A stretch of DNA of 64,000 nucleotides, taken from assembly GCA_902538565.1 (NCBI GenBank), contig CACBFQ010000002.1, forward strand, positions 285,908 through 349,907. Direction: 5' to 3'. The stretch is from an uncultured Fidelibacterota bacterium (GTDB lineage: Bacteria > Fidelibacterota > Marinisomatia > Marinisomatales > Marinisomataceae). The notes below the pieces were generated by a model. It did no database searches, had not been told where the DNA came from, and saw only the letters and a list, made by a program, of their open reading frames with translations. Positions 34,813 to 43,390 of the stretch are shown piece by piece. The position numbers and the translations under genes were made by a program. Position 1 is the stretch's first letter. Each line of letters starts with the position of its first letter.

Positions 34813-35736
34813 ATGAAATTCATGGAAAACACTAAAATCAATTTTATGAAATTCAAATCATTTGGATTTGGTCTCTCGTCCGTGTTAGCATTTGGATCAA
34901 TTATACTTCTCCTAATGGGCGTGAATCTTGGCATTGACTTTAAAGGTGGAACAGCAATTGGAGTTAGTTTTTCGGAGGATGTATCCATACAGGAAATAAG
35001 GGGTTCACTTAAATCAGTATCTTTGAATAATAGCATAGTAGATTTAAGTGGAGAAGAAATTAAATATTTTGGAAGTCAAAGTGATGTTATGATTAAAATA
35101 AAGTCTCTTGATAATGAACCTGAAAATTTTGGTCAAATAGTTATTAATCATTTGTATGATTCTATGTCAGCTAAAACGCCAGAAAACAAAAATGATTTCA
35201 TTCTTTCGCTAGGCTCAGTAAGTCCAAAAGTTGGATCTGAATTAAGTGGAAAAGCATTTTGGTCTGTTGTATCTGCTTTAGTTTTAATTCTGTTTTACAT
35301 ATCTGTAAGGTTTGAGTTTAGATTTGCTTTAGGGGCTATTTTAGCTCTAGTTCATGATGTAGTTATTACATTAGGAATTTTTTCTCTAACTGGTTTTGAA
35401 ATTACACTAAGTACGGTTGCTGCTTTTTTAACTATTGTTGGATACTCCTTAAATGATACAATTGTTATTTTGGATAGAATTAGAGAAAATATGAAATCAT
35501 CTGGTACTGTAATGTTTGAATCAACTATTAATAAAAGTATTAATCAATCCCTAAGCAGAACTTTAATTACTTCTTTAACGACACTGTTTGTTATTATTGT
35601 TTTGCTCGTTTATGGCGGTGAAGTAATAAGACCATTCTCTTTTACTATGCTAGTTGGTGTGATTGTAGGTACTTATTCTAGTATTTATATTGCTAGTGCA
35701 TTGCTTGCAACCATCTACCAATCTTCTAACAAATAA
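34813..35736 (+). CDS. secF: Protein translocase subunit SecF
   Basis: GIDFKGG, VSPKVGSEL, GYSLNDTIVILDRIRE, RTLITS, GTYSSIYIA. Confidence 0.96.
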   Translation: MKFMENTKINFMKFKSFGFGLSSVLAFGSIILLLMGVNLGIDFKGGTAIGVSFSEDVSIQEIRGSLKSVSLNNSIVDLSGEEIKYFGSQSDVMIKIKSLDNEPENFGQIVINHLYDSMSAKTPENKNDFILSLGSVSPKVGSELSGKAFWSVVSALVLILFYISVRFEFRFALGAILALVHDVVITLGIFSLTGFEITLSTVAAFLTIVGYSLNDTIVILDRIRENMKSSGTVMFESTINKSINQSLSRTLITSLTTLFVIIVLLVYGGEVIRPFSFTMLVGVIVGTYSSIYIASALLATIYQSSNK

Positions 35737-36617
35737 TGAATAATAAGATTTTATTTCCATTCATTGCGTTGTGCGTGATTTGGGGTTCTACATGGTATTT
35801 CATTAAAATTTCTTTAAATGCTGGAGTTCCACCTTTTTATGGAGTGGGATTAAGATTTCTTTTTTCTGGAATTATTTTTTACTTATATATCTATTACAAA
35901 AAACTATCTATACCATTTACCCCGCAAGCAATAAAATTATACCTCTCGTTTGGACTATTAAACTTTAGTCTATCTTATGGAATGACTTATTGGGCTACTC
36001 AATATATTTTTTCTAGCATCTCATCGATTCTATGGGGTCTATTTCCACTCTTTACAAGCCTAATGGCTCATTTTATGATTAAAGATGATCCTAATGAAAG
36101 ATTGAATAAAAATAAAATTGCAGCTCTATTTACTGGTTTAGCAGGAGTCATAATCATGAGTACTAACCAAGAAATTGATTTAGCCTCTCAATCGTTTTTG
36201 GCAATTCTTGTTTTAATTGCGGTAATTATTATAGCGGCATATCCAAGTGTTCTTTATAAAAAATACAATGACGAAGTTGGTCCATATCAAATGAATGCTG
36301 TATGTCAGGTATTAACAGGCTTTGTAATGCTCTCAATGTCATTTCTTGTAAAAGAAGATACATCAGTTATAGTATGGACAAATGAGCTTATACTTTCAAC
36401 ATTATATCTTATAATTTTTGGGGGATTTATTTCTTGGGGGATTTATTTCTGGTTATACCAATACCTTAATGTAACACAAATTACTTATGTAGCTATCTTT
36501 CCTCCAATCGTTGCGATATTACTTGGTTGGGTATTTTTAGGAGAAATACTGACAACAAAAGAAATTGTTGGAACCTTATTTATTCTTGGAAGTTCTATAC
36601 TAATATATAGGAAATAG
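35736..36617 (+). CDS. EamA/DMT family transporter
   Basis: VIWGSTW, PP...LRF; about 10 TM in two repeats. Confidence 0.85.
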   Translation: MNNKILFPFIALCVIWGSTWYFIKISLNAGVPPFYGVGLRFLFSGIIFYLYIYYKKLSIPFTPQAIKLYLSFGLLNFSLSYGMTYWATQYIFSSISSILWGLFPLFTSLMAHFMIKDDPNERLNKNKIAALFTGLAGVIIMSTNQEIDLASQSFLAILVLIAVIIIAAYPSVLYKKYNDEVGPYQMNAVCQVLTGFVMLSMSFLVKEDTSVIVWTNELILSTLYLIIFGGFISWGIYFWLYQYLNVTQITYVAIFPPIVAILLGWVFLGEILTTKEIVGTLFILGSSILIYRK

Positions 36618-36642
36618 AACCTATTTTATAATAAATTAAAAT

Positions 36643-37263
36643 ATGATTGAAAAAATAAAATCAAACCTACTTGCTGGTATAGCAACTATTGTTCCATTAG
36701 CATTAACTGTGTATGTAATTCAAGTTACACTAGAAATAACAATTTGGCTTGGTGGAACAGTTGCAGAACCTTTAGAAAGATTTGTTAATGTGACTTTTCC
36801 AGGTTTCGGTATTATCAGCTCAATTGTAGGTCTTTTAATTGTTTTATTGGCTCTTATCATTTTTGGAGCTTTAGCCAGAAATGTATTTGGCAAAAGAGTT
36901 GTTAATTGGTTTGAAGGAATCTTTAAAAAAATCCCTTTAATTGATTCTATCTATGGAACAACTAAGCAAATCATCGAAACAGTTTCTGGATCACAAAATG
37001 ATTCTTTTCAAAAAGTTGTATATGTTGAATATCCGAGAAAAGGTACATGGACGTTAGGTTTTGTTACTAGTGAATCCACAAACGAACATGATGAAGAATT
37101 TTATCACCTTTTTGTACCAACTACACCAAATCCTACATCAGGATTTTTTCTTATCATTCCCAAAGAAGATACTACTTTGGCAGATTTAAATGTTGAAGAA
37201 GGCTTCAGAATGATTGTTTCAAGCGGAATGGTTGGAAGTCATAAAAATTCTATAGTTAAATAA
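36643..37263 (+). CDS. DUF502 family membrane protein
   Basis: IPLIDSIY, VEYPRKG, FVPTTPNPTSGF. Confidence 0.9.
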   Translation: MIEKIKSNLLAGIATIVPLALTVYVIQVTLEITIWLGGTVAEPLERFVNVTFPGFGIISSIVGLLIVLLALIIFGALARNVFGKRVVNWFEGIFKKIPLIDSIYGTTKQIIETVSGSQNDSFQKVVYVEYPRKGTWTLGFVTSESTNEHDEEFYHLFVPTTPNPTSGFFLIIPKEDTTLADLNVEEGFRMIVSSGMVGSHKNSIVK

Positions 37264-37295
37264 AAAAAAAGGAGCATCGAGATGCTCCTTTTTTT
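37262..37295. terminator. Bidirectional Rho-independent terminator
   Basis: A9-GGAGCAT-CGAG-ATGCTCC-T7 between convergent DUF502 and the 75-aa gene. Confidence 0.9.
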
Positions 37296-37322
37296 AATTA
37301 AACCTAATAAGATAAAAGTTTA

Positions 37323-37550
37323 TTAACCTCTACCTCTAGCCATAGGTGCGCGAGATACATCACCGTCTTTATCGATGAAGTATAGGTAACCACTTTCACG
37401 TGTTACACCTGCGTCAGCAACTTTTTCAGCATTACCGCCACCAGATCCGCCTCTTGACATACCTGAGCGCCATACATTGCCATCTTTACCTAAGTAGTAT
37501 AGATAGCCTTTTTCTTTACTAACACCACATGTTTTTACTTTTTCAGCCAT
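37323..37550 (-). CDS. Small basic protein made of two ~34-aa repeats; function unknown, possibly nucleic-acid binding
   Basis: SD AGGAG, a consensus-like promoter and its own terminator; internal repeat AEKV..GV..E.GYLY...KDG.V.R..M.RG. Confidence 0.85.
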   Translation of the reverse strand: MAEKVKTCGVSKEKGYLYYLGKDGNVWRSGMSRGGSGGGNAEKVADAGVTRESGYLYFIDKDGDVSRAPMARGRG

Positions 37551-37592
37551 TTTATTCTCCTTAAAAAGTTTAGTGAATAAGCTTATCCCGAT

Positions 37593-37621
37593 ATTCTACT
37601 ACTAAACTCAATTTTTTGCAA
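37593..37621 (-). promoter_or_regulatory. Sigma70-type promoter of the 75-aa repeat protein gene
   Basis: TTGCAA-N17-TAGAAT on the minus strand, about 40 nt upstream of the ATG. Confidence 0.65.
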
Positions 37622-37702
37622 GAAATTTCTCGTCGGAGGCCCCTCGGAAGAATTTTACAAAAAAGCTTTAAAATTTTTATTAATTAGTTAAATTTGGCTC
37701 AT

Positions 37703-37776
37703 GCCCCGGTAGCTCAGCTGGATAGAGCAACGGATTTCTAATCCGTAGGTCACAGGTTCAAATCCTGTCCGGGGTA
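37703..37776 (+). tRNA. tRNA-Arg(TCT), CCA not encoded
   Basis: Acceptor GCCCCGG/CCGGGGT, anticodon arm ACGGA-TTTCTAA-TCCGT, GGTTCAA T-loop. Confidence 0.97.
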
Positions 37777-37844
37777 CAATAAATCCTTCCTTTATTTCAT
37801 AAAACTAATCCATTATATTTATATAAACTAATTAGGAGAGTCAT

Positions 37845-38126
37845 ATGAAATTAGATATTAAAAGTTTTATAATCGGAATTTTAACAACTGTTAACTTATT
37901 TCTGTTAATGGGATTTGATGATCATGATGAAGAAAATCAAAATGGTAGATACCAAGTAATCATTGATAGTAAAGGTGATCAATATTGGTATGATACTCGC
38001 TACGGAGACAAAATTGCAATCGGATCAAAATCTTATGGGTACATTTTACTTAAAGAAAAAGGTGGCATGAAAGAAAGATTTGATAAAGAATTTGAATTAG
38101 TAGAAGCTTTGAAAGAATTAGATTAG
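37845..38126 (+). CDS. Hypothetical protein with N-terminal TM/signal anchor
   Basis: SD AGGAG; MKLDIKSFIIGILTTVNLFLLMG leader followed by a GRYQ motif; no family recognised. Confidence 0.7.
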   Translation: MKLDIKSFIIGILTTVNLFLLMGFDDHDEENQNGRYQVIIDSKGDQYWYDTRYGDKIAIGSKSYGYILLKEKGGMKERFDKEFELVEALKELD

Positions 38127-38130
38127 ATAT

Positions 38131-38997
38131 TTAACTAGATAGAAATTCTTTGGCAAGTTGCTCCATCAAATCTCCACCCTTTTCATTCAGGTGAATATGA
38201 TCGCAAAGCAACTGTAGCTTATACTTTTCTCCAATCTTTGTCCAAGTCCAACCAAAAATATAGTGAAGTATAACAGCTCTTAGACCTCGCAACCTTCTAA
38301 GTTCAGAGGTAGTGTATGGAACGCTATTGTTGGAGCTTATTTGTTCTTTGAATTTTGAAAATAAATCAAGGATTGATAGATCATATTTTAAAGCAATCCT
38401 TTTAATTATTTTATTATGATTTTGAATGACACTTATGATTGATGCATCCTCTTGCTCACCAAGCCATGGAAGAGTTGTAATAGCAATTTTAGCAGAGGTT
38501 TTTGCTTTGATTTCCTTTACAAAAATTTCAATCTGCTCTTCAAACCAATCTATTGAAGGAACTTTTGGAAGATTTTTTGTTTGAATATAATAATCCTGAA
38601 TTAATTTTACAGGCTGGCTTCCTATTGCATCATTCGTACCAATTAAAATTGTAACATAGTCTGGATTATGCTTAATAATATCATTTAATCTTTGATTTAA
38701 GTTCCAAGTTAAATCAGCATTTATGCCTGCATTTATATAAATCTTAGAATCATCTGAACTTCTTAAAGAACTCACCCAGTCATATCCAATATGTCCATGT
38801 GTAATACTATCACCACAACATATAACTACAGGTTTATCATTATTAATCAAATTTACACTATGTGCATCCATATCAGGGAGCTGCCACGATTTTCGTATAA
38901 TTGGTAGTTTATAAATGTTTTGAATAATTGAATTTCTAAAAAGATATATAACTACAAGAAAAATGAAAAAAAATACAAGAAAGTAAAATATGTTCAC
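38131..38997 (-). CDS. Membrane-anchored SGNH/GDSL hydrolase
   Basis: GDSITHG (block I), GIN (II), IGTND (III), DHIH (V). Confidence 0.9.
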   Translation of the reverse strand: MNIFYFLVFFFIFLVVIYLFRNSIIQNIYKLPIIRKSWQLPDMDAHSVNLINNDKPVVICCGDSITHGHIGYDWVSSLRSSDDSKIYINAGINADLTWNLNQRLNDIIKHNPDYVTILIGTNDAIGSQPVKLIQDYYIQTKNLPKVPSIDWFEEQIEIFVKEIKAKTSAKIAITTLPWLGEQEDASIISVIQNHNKIIKRIALKYDLSILDLFSKFKEQISSNNSVPYTTSELRRLRGLRAVILHYIFGWTWTKIGEKYKLQLLCDHIHLNEKGGDLMEQLAKEFLSS

Positions 38998-39945
38998 TTA
39001 ATTGATTTCAGGCAGTTCAAATGCAACAACCCTAGCATCATTATCTACTGCATATAGAAACCATTTACCATGCATATATGCTGTAGTAATACCATCTGTG
39101 TAGGAAACATTATCTAAATACATAGTAGTCTTGTAATCTAATGTTTTACGATCATACAAGTGAAAACGATTGTCAGTTCTGCTTTGCTCAGTACAAATCC
39201 AATATCCATTATTATCTTTATTAATTACTAAAGCAATGCCTTCAGGATCATTTCCTCTACCAAAATTACCTAAATCTTCTTTTATAATTTCACCTGTCAT
39301 CAAATCTATTGCCATAACCTTATGGTGCTCTTTCATTTCTTCTGCTACTAACAAAGTTTGATAATATTTATCAGCTTGAATACTTTCTACTTGATAAAGT
39401 GTAGGGTTTCCTAGCACTGTAGCTGGCCCTACTGAAAATTCTTCATTTTCAATGGTGAAATCCCAACTTAGAATTCGATCTTCTCTTGGGTTATTAAATT
39501 CATAGCTATCCGTAACTAAAACTTTATAAGAGTTATTTTCCTGCTTATAAAATGTAATTCCATAGGGGCTACGCAACTCGTCTTTTCCAAAAGCACCTAA
39601 AAAGTCCATCGACGAATTAAATACAGCAACCTGCTTATTATCACGTTCTGTAACTAAAACAAACTGATCATTAATAGTGGTAATTCCATTTGGATAGGCA
39701 TTTTCTCGCTTAATAGATTTTTTAAACTTTCCATTCATAGCACCATATACATGCAGTTCATTTTTATCTTTTACTGTCACTACAATAACATGTTTTCTCA
39801 TTAAGAATCCAATACTGTCCATGCCTGCGTCAGCAACAGATTCTGTTACGAACATCGGGTTATTTAAGGTAATAACACTAGGTTTAGAATTACATCCAAT
39901 GATGAAAAACAAAGAACTGATAAGGTAGAATTTTAAAATCTTCAT
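38998..39945 (-). CDS. Beta-propeller phytase-like lipoprotein
   Basis: Lipobox IIG-C; QVESIQAD...LLVAEE, DPEGIAL, FHLYDR and TDG motifs align by eye with beta-propeller phytases. Confidence 0.7.
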   Translation of the reverse strand: MKILKFYLISSLFFIIGCNSKPSVITLNNPMFVTESVADAGMDSIGFLMRKHVIVVTVKDKNELHVYGAMNGKFKKSIKRENAYPNGITTINDQFVLVTERDNKQVAVFNSSMDFLGAFGKDELRSPYGITFYKQENNSYKVLVTDSYEFNNPREDRILSWDFTIENEEFSVGPATVLGNPTLYQVESIQADKYYQTLLVAEEMKEHHKVMAIDLMTGEIIKEDLGNFGRGNDPEGIALVINKDNNGYWICTEQSRTDNRFHLYDRKTLDYKTTMYLDNVSYTDGITTAYMHGKWFLYAVDNDARVVAFELPEIN

Positions 39946-39948
39946 ATA

Positions 39949-40704
39949 CTATTCTACTATACTAAGTAGTTCAATATCAAAGACTAAAGTGGAAGATGGT
40001 GGAATAATATATTCGCCTTTTTTTGCGTCTTTATAAACCCCTGCAATACCATAGCCTAAATTTTCAGGAATAAATACTTTCCATTTAGAACCAACTGGCA
40101 TTTTTTGTAAAATTTGTTGCCAACCTTGAATTACTCCATTAAGTGCAAAAGTTGCTGGCTCACCTCGATCATAACTACTATCAAATTTTGTACCATCAAT
40201 TAAATATCCGTTATAATGTACTACAACAGCGTCATCAAAGTCTGGAATCCTACCATTGCCCTCTTGCATAACTTTATATTGAATTTGACTTCTACTAAAC
40301 ACTCTTACGCCTTCATTGTATTTATTTTTTTCCAAAAACTCCTGACCAGCCATTTTATTTTCTCGAGACATTTTTTTGGACTTTTCACTAAGAGATTTCA
40401 TTAGCTCTCTTTCTATTTCAGAATTTTGAATATTGAATGCTCTTAATACTTCAAGTCTACTTGGTGCATTAATTCTTGGTTCAGTATTATCCCAAAAATC
40501 TTGTAATCCCTCAATAAGTAAATCATGATTAATTTCTGTTTCTGGAAGATTTTGACCGATATTTACTCCCATAGTATAACTCAATGAATCCTGAAAAGTT
40601 ACAATAGGCTCATTATCTACTTGTTTGGACGCATTACTTTCTGATGAGCAAGAAAATAATAAAAGACAAGAAATTGCTAGTTGAATTTTAAATATATTTT
40701 TCAT
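39949..40704 (-). CDS. FKBP-type peptidyl-prolyl isomerase (lipoprotein, FkpA/Mip-like)
   Basis: DSLSYTMG, VHYNGYLIDGTKFDSSYDRG, VIQGW, IPPSSTLVFDIELL. Confidence 0.95.
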   Translation of the reverse strand: MKNIFKIQLAISCLLLFSCSSESNASKQVDNEPIVTFQDSLSYTMGVNIGQNLPETEINHDLLIEGLQDFWDNTEPRINAPSRLEVLRAFNIQNSEIERELMKSLSEKSKKMSRENKMAGQEFLEKNKYNEGVRVFSRSQIQYKVMQEGNGRIPDFDDAVVVHYNGYLIDGTKFDSSYDRGEPATFALNGVIQGWQQILQKMPVGSKWKVFIPENLGYGIAGVYKDAKKGEYIIPPSSTLVFDIELLSIVE

Positions 40705-40746
40705 GCTTGTATTCTATTATCATTAAAAAAAAGAGTAAAGAAAAAA

Positions 40747-41580
40747 TTATCTTCCATCTTTATAGCCTTTATAATCATCCATCATATCATAAAGTCCATA
40801 AAGACTGCTAAACTTGATTAAAAGCGAGCTAGGAAGTAGTGCTCTAAGTAAAACTACTTGATTCATTATCCATGGAACTTTTGGCGAATGAAATCCAAGT
40901 TTAATGGCACGATTAACAATAACTTTTGCAACTGAATCATGACTCTTAACCCCTGGTGCTAATAACTGACCTAAAAAATTAAGCTTAGTTCCTTCAAATA
41001 ATCCTTTCTTCAAAAAGTTTGGATGAATGGAAGAAAATTTAACACCATACTTACCCATCTTTTTTACTTCAAGTCTTAAGGATTCAGTAAGTCCTGCTAC
41101 AGCCCATTTAGTAGCAGCGTATACAGCTAGCTTAGGAGCACCTGTCATTGATGATGCTGAGGAAATATTAATAATGTGACCAGAGTTTTTATCTAACATA
41201 GTTGGCATGAATGCACGAATGGTATATATCATTGATGTAAAGTTTACATTTATAAGATTTTCAAGCTCTTCATCACTTCTATCTAGCATATACCCAGTAT
41301 AAACAGTACCAGCGTTATTAATTAGGATATCTAAACTACCAAACTTTTCTTTAATGATATTTGCATTACTATATACTTGTTCTTTATTTGTAACATCACA
41401 TATTTGAGAGAAAACATCAAATCCTTGCTCTTTAAAATTATTAACAGTTTTGTTTAGATCATCTTCGTTGAAATCCCAAAGTATTACCTTTCCACCTTCA
41501 TTTAGAATCCTTTGTGCAGTAGCTAAACCTATACCTTTAGCTCCTCCCGTTATAAGAACAAGTTTATTTTTAAGATTCAC
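40747..41580 (-). CDS. SDR family oxidoreductase (retinol/17-beta-HSD-like; GTG start)
   Basis: TGGAKGIG, NNAG, YAATK. Confidence 0.9.
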   Translation of the reverse strand: MNLKNKLVLITGGAKGIGLATAQRILNEGGKVILWDFNEDDLNKTVNNFKEQGFDVFSQICDVTNKEQVYSNANIIKEKFGSLDILINNAGTVYTGYMLDRSDEELENLINVNFTSMIYTIRAFMPTMLDKNSGHIINISSASSMTGAPKLAVYAATKWAVAGLTESLRLEVKKMGKYGVKFSSIHPNFLKKGLFEGTKLNFLGQLLAPGVKSHDSVAKVIVNRAIKLGFHSPKVPWIMNQVVLLRALLPSSLLIKFSSLYGLYDMMDDYKGYKDGR

Positions 41581-41596
41581 ACTTTAAAATAAAGTA

Positions 41597-42583
41597 TTAC
41601 AGATTAGAATACCATTGAATTCCATATGCCAAAGTTACACTTATTGCTAAGCCTAACATAAGTCTGAAAAAATCAGAATAAAGCATTGGAAATATACCTT
41701 TTTTGTGCTTGTCAGTGTATGTGAGAGTTCCATAACCTTGAGCAAACATAATACCAATTTCTCTCCCTGCTAACATGCCCATAAATACAAAAGTAGTACT
41801 CATAGGAAGGTCATTTACTTCTTTAAAATAGTAAAGTACAAACACATACACCAAATCAACTAATGTAGCAGAACGAACATATCTAGTGTTTGTTTTAGAT
41901 AATACTATTTCTTGAATTTTTCCTCCCCTTTCATAAAACATAAAAGCTAATCCAAGGAGCATTGTTCCTAAAATAAGTATTTGAAAAGATATAGTAGGAA
42001 CAGATGAATATCTTGGTAAGAATACCATAATATTTGCCATATCATGTGAAAGCCATGTTGACCATAACCAACCGGTAGTTACCCATTGTGCAATTCTCCA
42101 ATAAGTATTGTTCTTGTTATCACCCTTTTCACCTTCATATAAGATATATTTGCTAATTAAATACCATGCAGCAAATGCAAACACAAATGATACGCCATAT
42201 CCCACAAAACTTTTTAAAAGCATTTTTTCCATCAGACCATCCACGCTAGCGGCAAAGACAGATAAGACTAAAAAAGTGGTTGATACAGGGATTTTTAATC
42301 TAGTTAAAAGAACTAAAACAAGAGGTGCTAATGCGTGATACCACATTATTTCAATTTCGGGGAATTCGGTCAATCTACCAAAAGCAGGATCTCCCGCATT
42401 GAATCCTTGAATCATAGTGAAAACAAAGATTGATCCCATATAACCAAACATCCAGTACCATTTTACATCAGCTCTATTAGATGCAATGTATGTACCTAAA
42501 GTTTGAATACTATCATTCGCAGTAACAGCATATACAGCAAATAAAAACCCAAAAAAAGACCATAGTGTTAAAAAATCCATCAA
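41597..42583 (-). CDS. Divergent PiT/PHO4-like inorganic phosphate permease (putative)
   Basis: Two-repeat membrane protein with TANDSIQTLG / SHDMAN and IPVSTT / LPMSTT, resembling the PiT GANDxAN and PxSTT signatures; directly downstream of phoU. Confidence 0.65.
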   Translation of the reverse strand: MMDFLTLWSFFGFLFAVYAVTANDSIQTLGTYIASNRADVKWYWMFGYMGSIFVFTMIQGFNAGDPAFGRLTEFPEIEIMWYHALAPLVLVLLTRLKIPVSTTFLVLSVFAASVDGLMEKMLLKSFVGYGVSFVFAFAAWYLISKYILYEGEKGDNKNNTYWRIAQWVTTGWLWSTWLSHDMANIMVFLPRYSSVPTISFQILILGTMLLGLAFMFYERGGKIQEIVLSKTNTRYVRSATLVDLVYVFVLYYFKEVNDLPMSTTFVFMGMLAGREIGIMFAQGYGTLTYTDKHKKGIFPMLYSDFFRLMLGLAISVTLAYGIQWYSNL

Positions 42584-42598
42584 AAGTACCTCATAAAA

Positions 42599-43252
42599 TT
42601 AAATATTTTCATCATGTCTAACAATTTTACCATTGATTTGAAAAATTATGTCTTCGGCTATATTCGTTGTATGATCTGCAGCTCTTTCAACATATCTTGA
42701 AATATTCGTAAAAACAATAAATTGCCTTAAGAATTCAGAATTACTTTTGGTTTTTTCTTTAAAAAGTGTAAATATCTCTCTGTTGTTGTTATCGATGATA
42801 TCATCCATTTCAATAACTTCAAATGCTTTTGCTTCGTCAGATAAAATAAAGGCATTAATAACATCATTTAACATAGAAGTTAAAGTTTCAGCTGAATGTG
42901 CTAAAATTTTAGGTAATTCTAAATCTGGATGTTCAACCATAAACTGGGTATTTCTAGCTATATTGGTTGCATAATCTCCTATTCTTTCAAGCTCATTATT
43001 AATTTTTAAAGCAGCTAATAGATATCGCAAATCTGAATCAGTAGGATGAAAATTTTCAATAATTTCGTTGACTTCTTTTTCTATTTCTACTTCCATCCTA
43101 TTTATTTTAGAATCAACATTTATTACAATTTGAGATTTATCTAAATCTTTTTCTTCAATTGCACTAAACGCATCTTTAATATTCGTTTCAACTAACGAGC
43201 TTAGTTTTAATAAATTATAGTTTAAATCTTGTATTCTGTCAGACAAATTCAT
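42599..43252 (-). CDS. phoU: Phosphate signalling complex protein PhoU
   Basis: D..IN..E..IE, ELERIGDYATNIA, DDIID, YVERAADHTTNIAEDII. Confidence 0.95.
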   Translation of the reverse strand: MNLSDRIQDLNYNLLKLSSLVETNIKDAFSAIEEKDLDKSQIVINVDSKINRMEVEIEKEVNEIIENFHPTDSDLRYLLAALKINNELERIGDYATNIARNTQFMVEHPDLELPKILAHSAETLTSMLNDVINAFILSDEAKAFEVIEMDDIIDNNNREIFTLFKEKTKSNSEFLRQFIVFTNISRYVERAADHTTNIAEDIIFQINGKIVRHDENI

Positions 43253-43282
43253 TCTCCATAATATAGGAAAAGTACAAAAAAA

Positions 43283-43304
43283 TATTTAGGATTATGTTAG
43301 GATT
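43283..43304 (-). promoter_or_regulatory. Candidate Pho box upstream of phoU
   Basis: AATCCTAACAT-AATCCTAAATA (11-bp period), followed after 8 nt by TACTTT. Confidence 0.7.
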
Positions 43305-43309
43305 CAGAT

Positions 43310-43342
43310 AAAAAAAGAGGGAAGAAAACTCTTCCCTCTTTT
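43310..43342 (-). terminator. Rho-independent terminator after the beta-helix lipoprotein gene
   Basis: AAAAGAGGGAAGA-4nt loop-TCTTCCCTC then T7 on the minus strand. Confidence 0.88.
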
Positions 43343-43390
43343 AGAAGTAATATTCACAATAGGAGATGCTATATTACTTATTGAATTAAT

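Noticed and set aside
37392-37407. parS-like sequence ACTTTCACGTGTTACA (12/16 match to TGTTTCACGTGAAACA)
   Set aside because: Four mismatches break the palindrome, it is explained by the codons V-T-R-E-S, and it is a single copy
37612-37664. Long imperfect inverted repeat TTTTTTGCAA...TTTTACAAAAAA
   Set aside because: Adequately explained as back-to-back -35 elements and A-tracts of two divergent promoters, not a MITE or terminator
43361-43389. + strand mini-ORF MLYYLLN preceded by AGGAG
   Set aside because: Zero spacing between SD and ATG; it lies inside a hairpin arm and is too short to support
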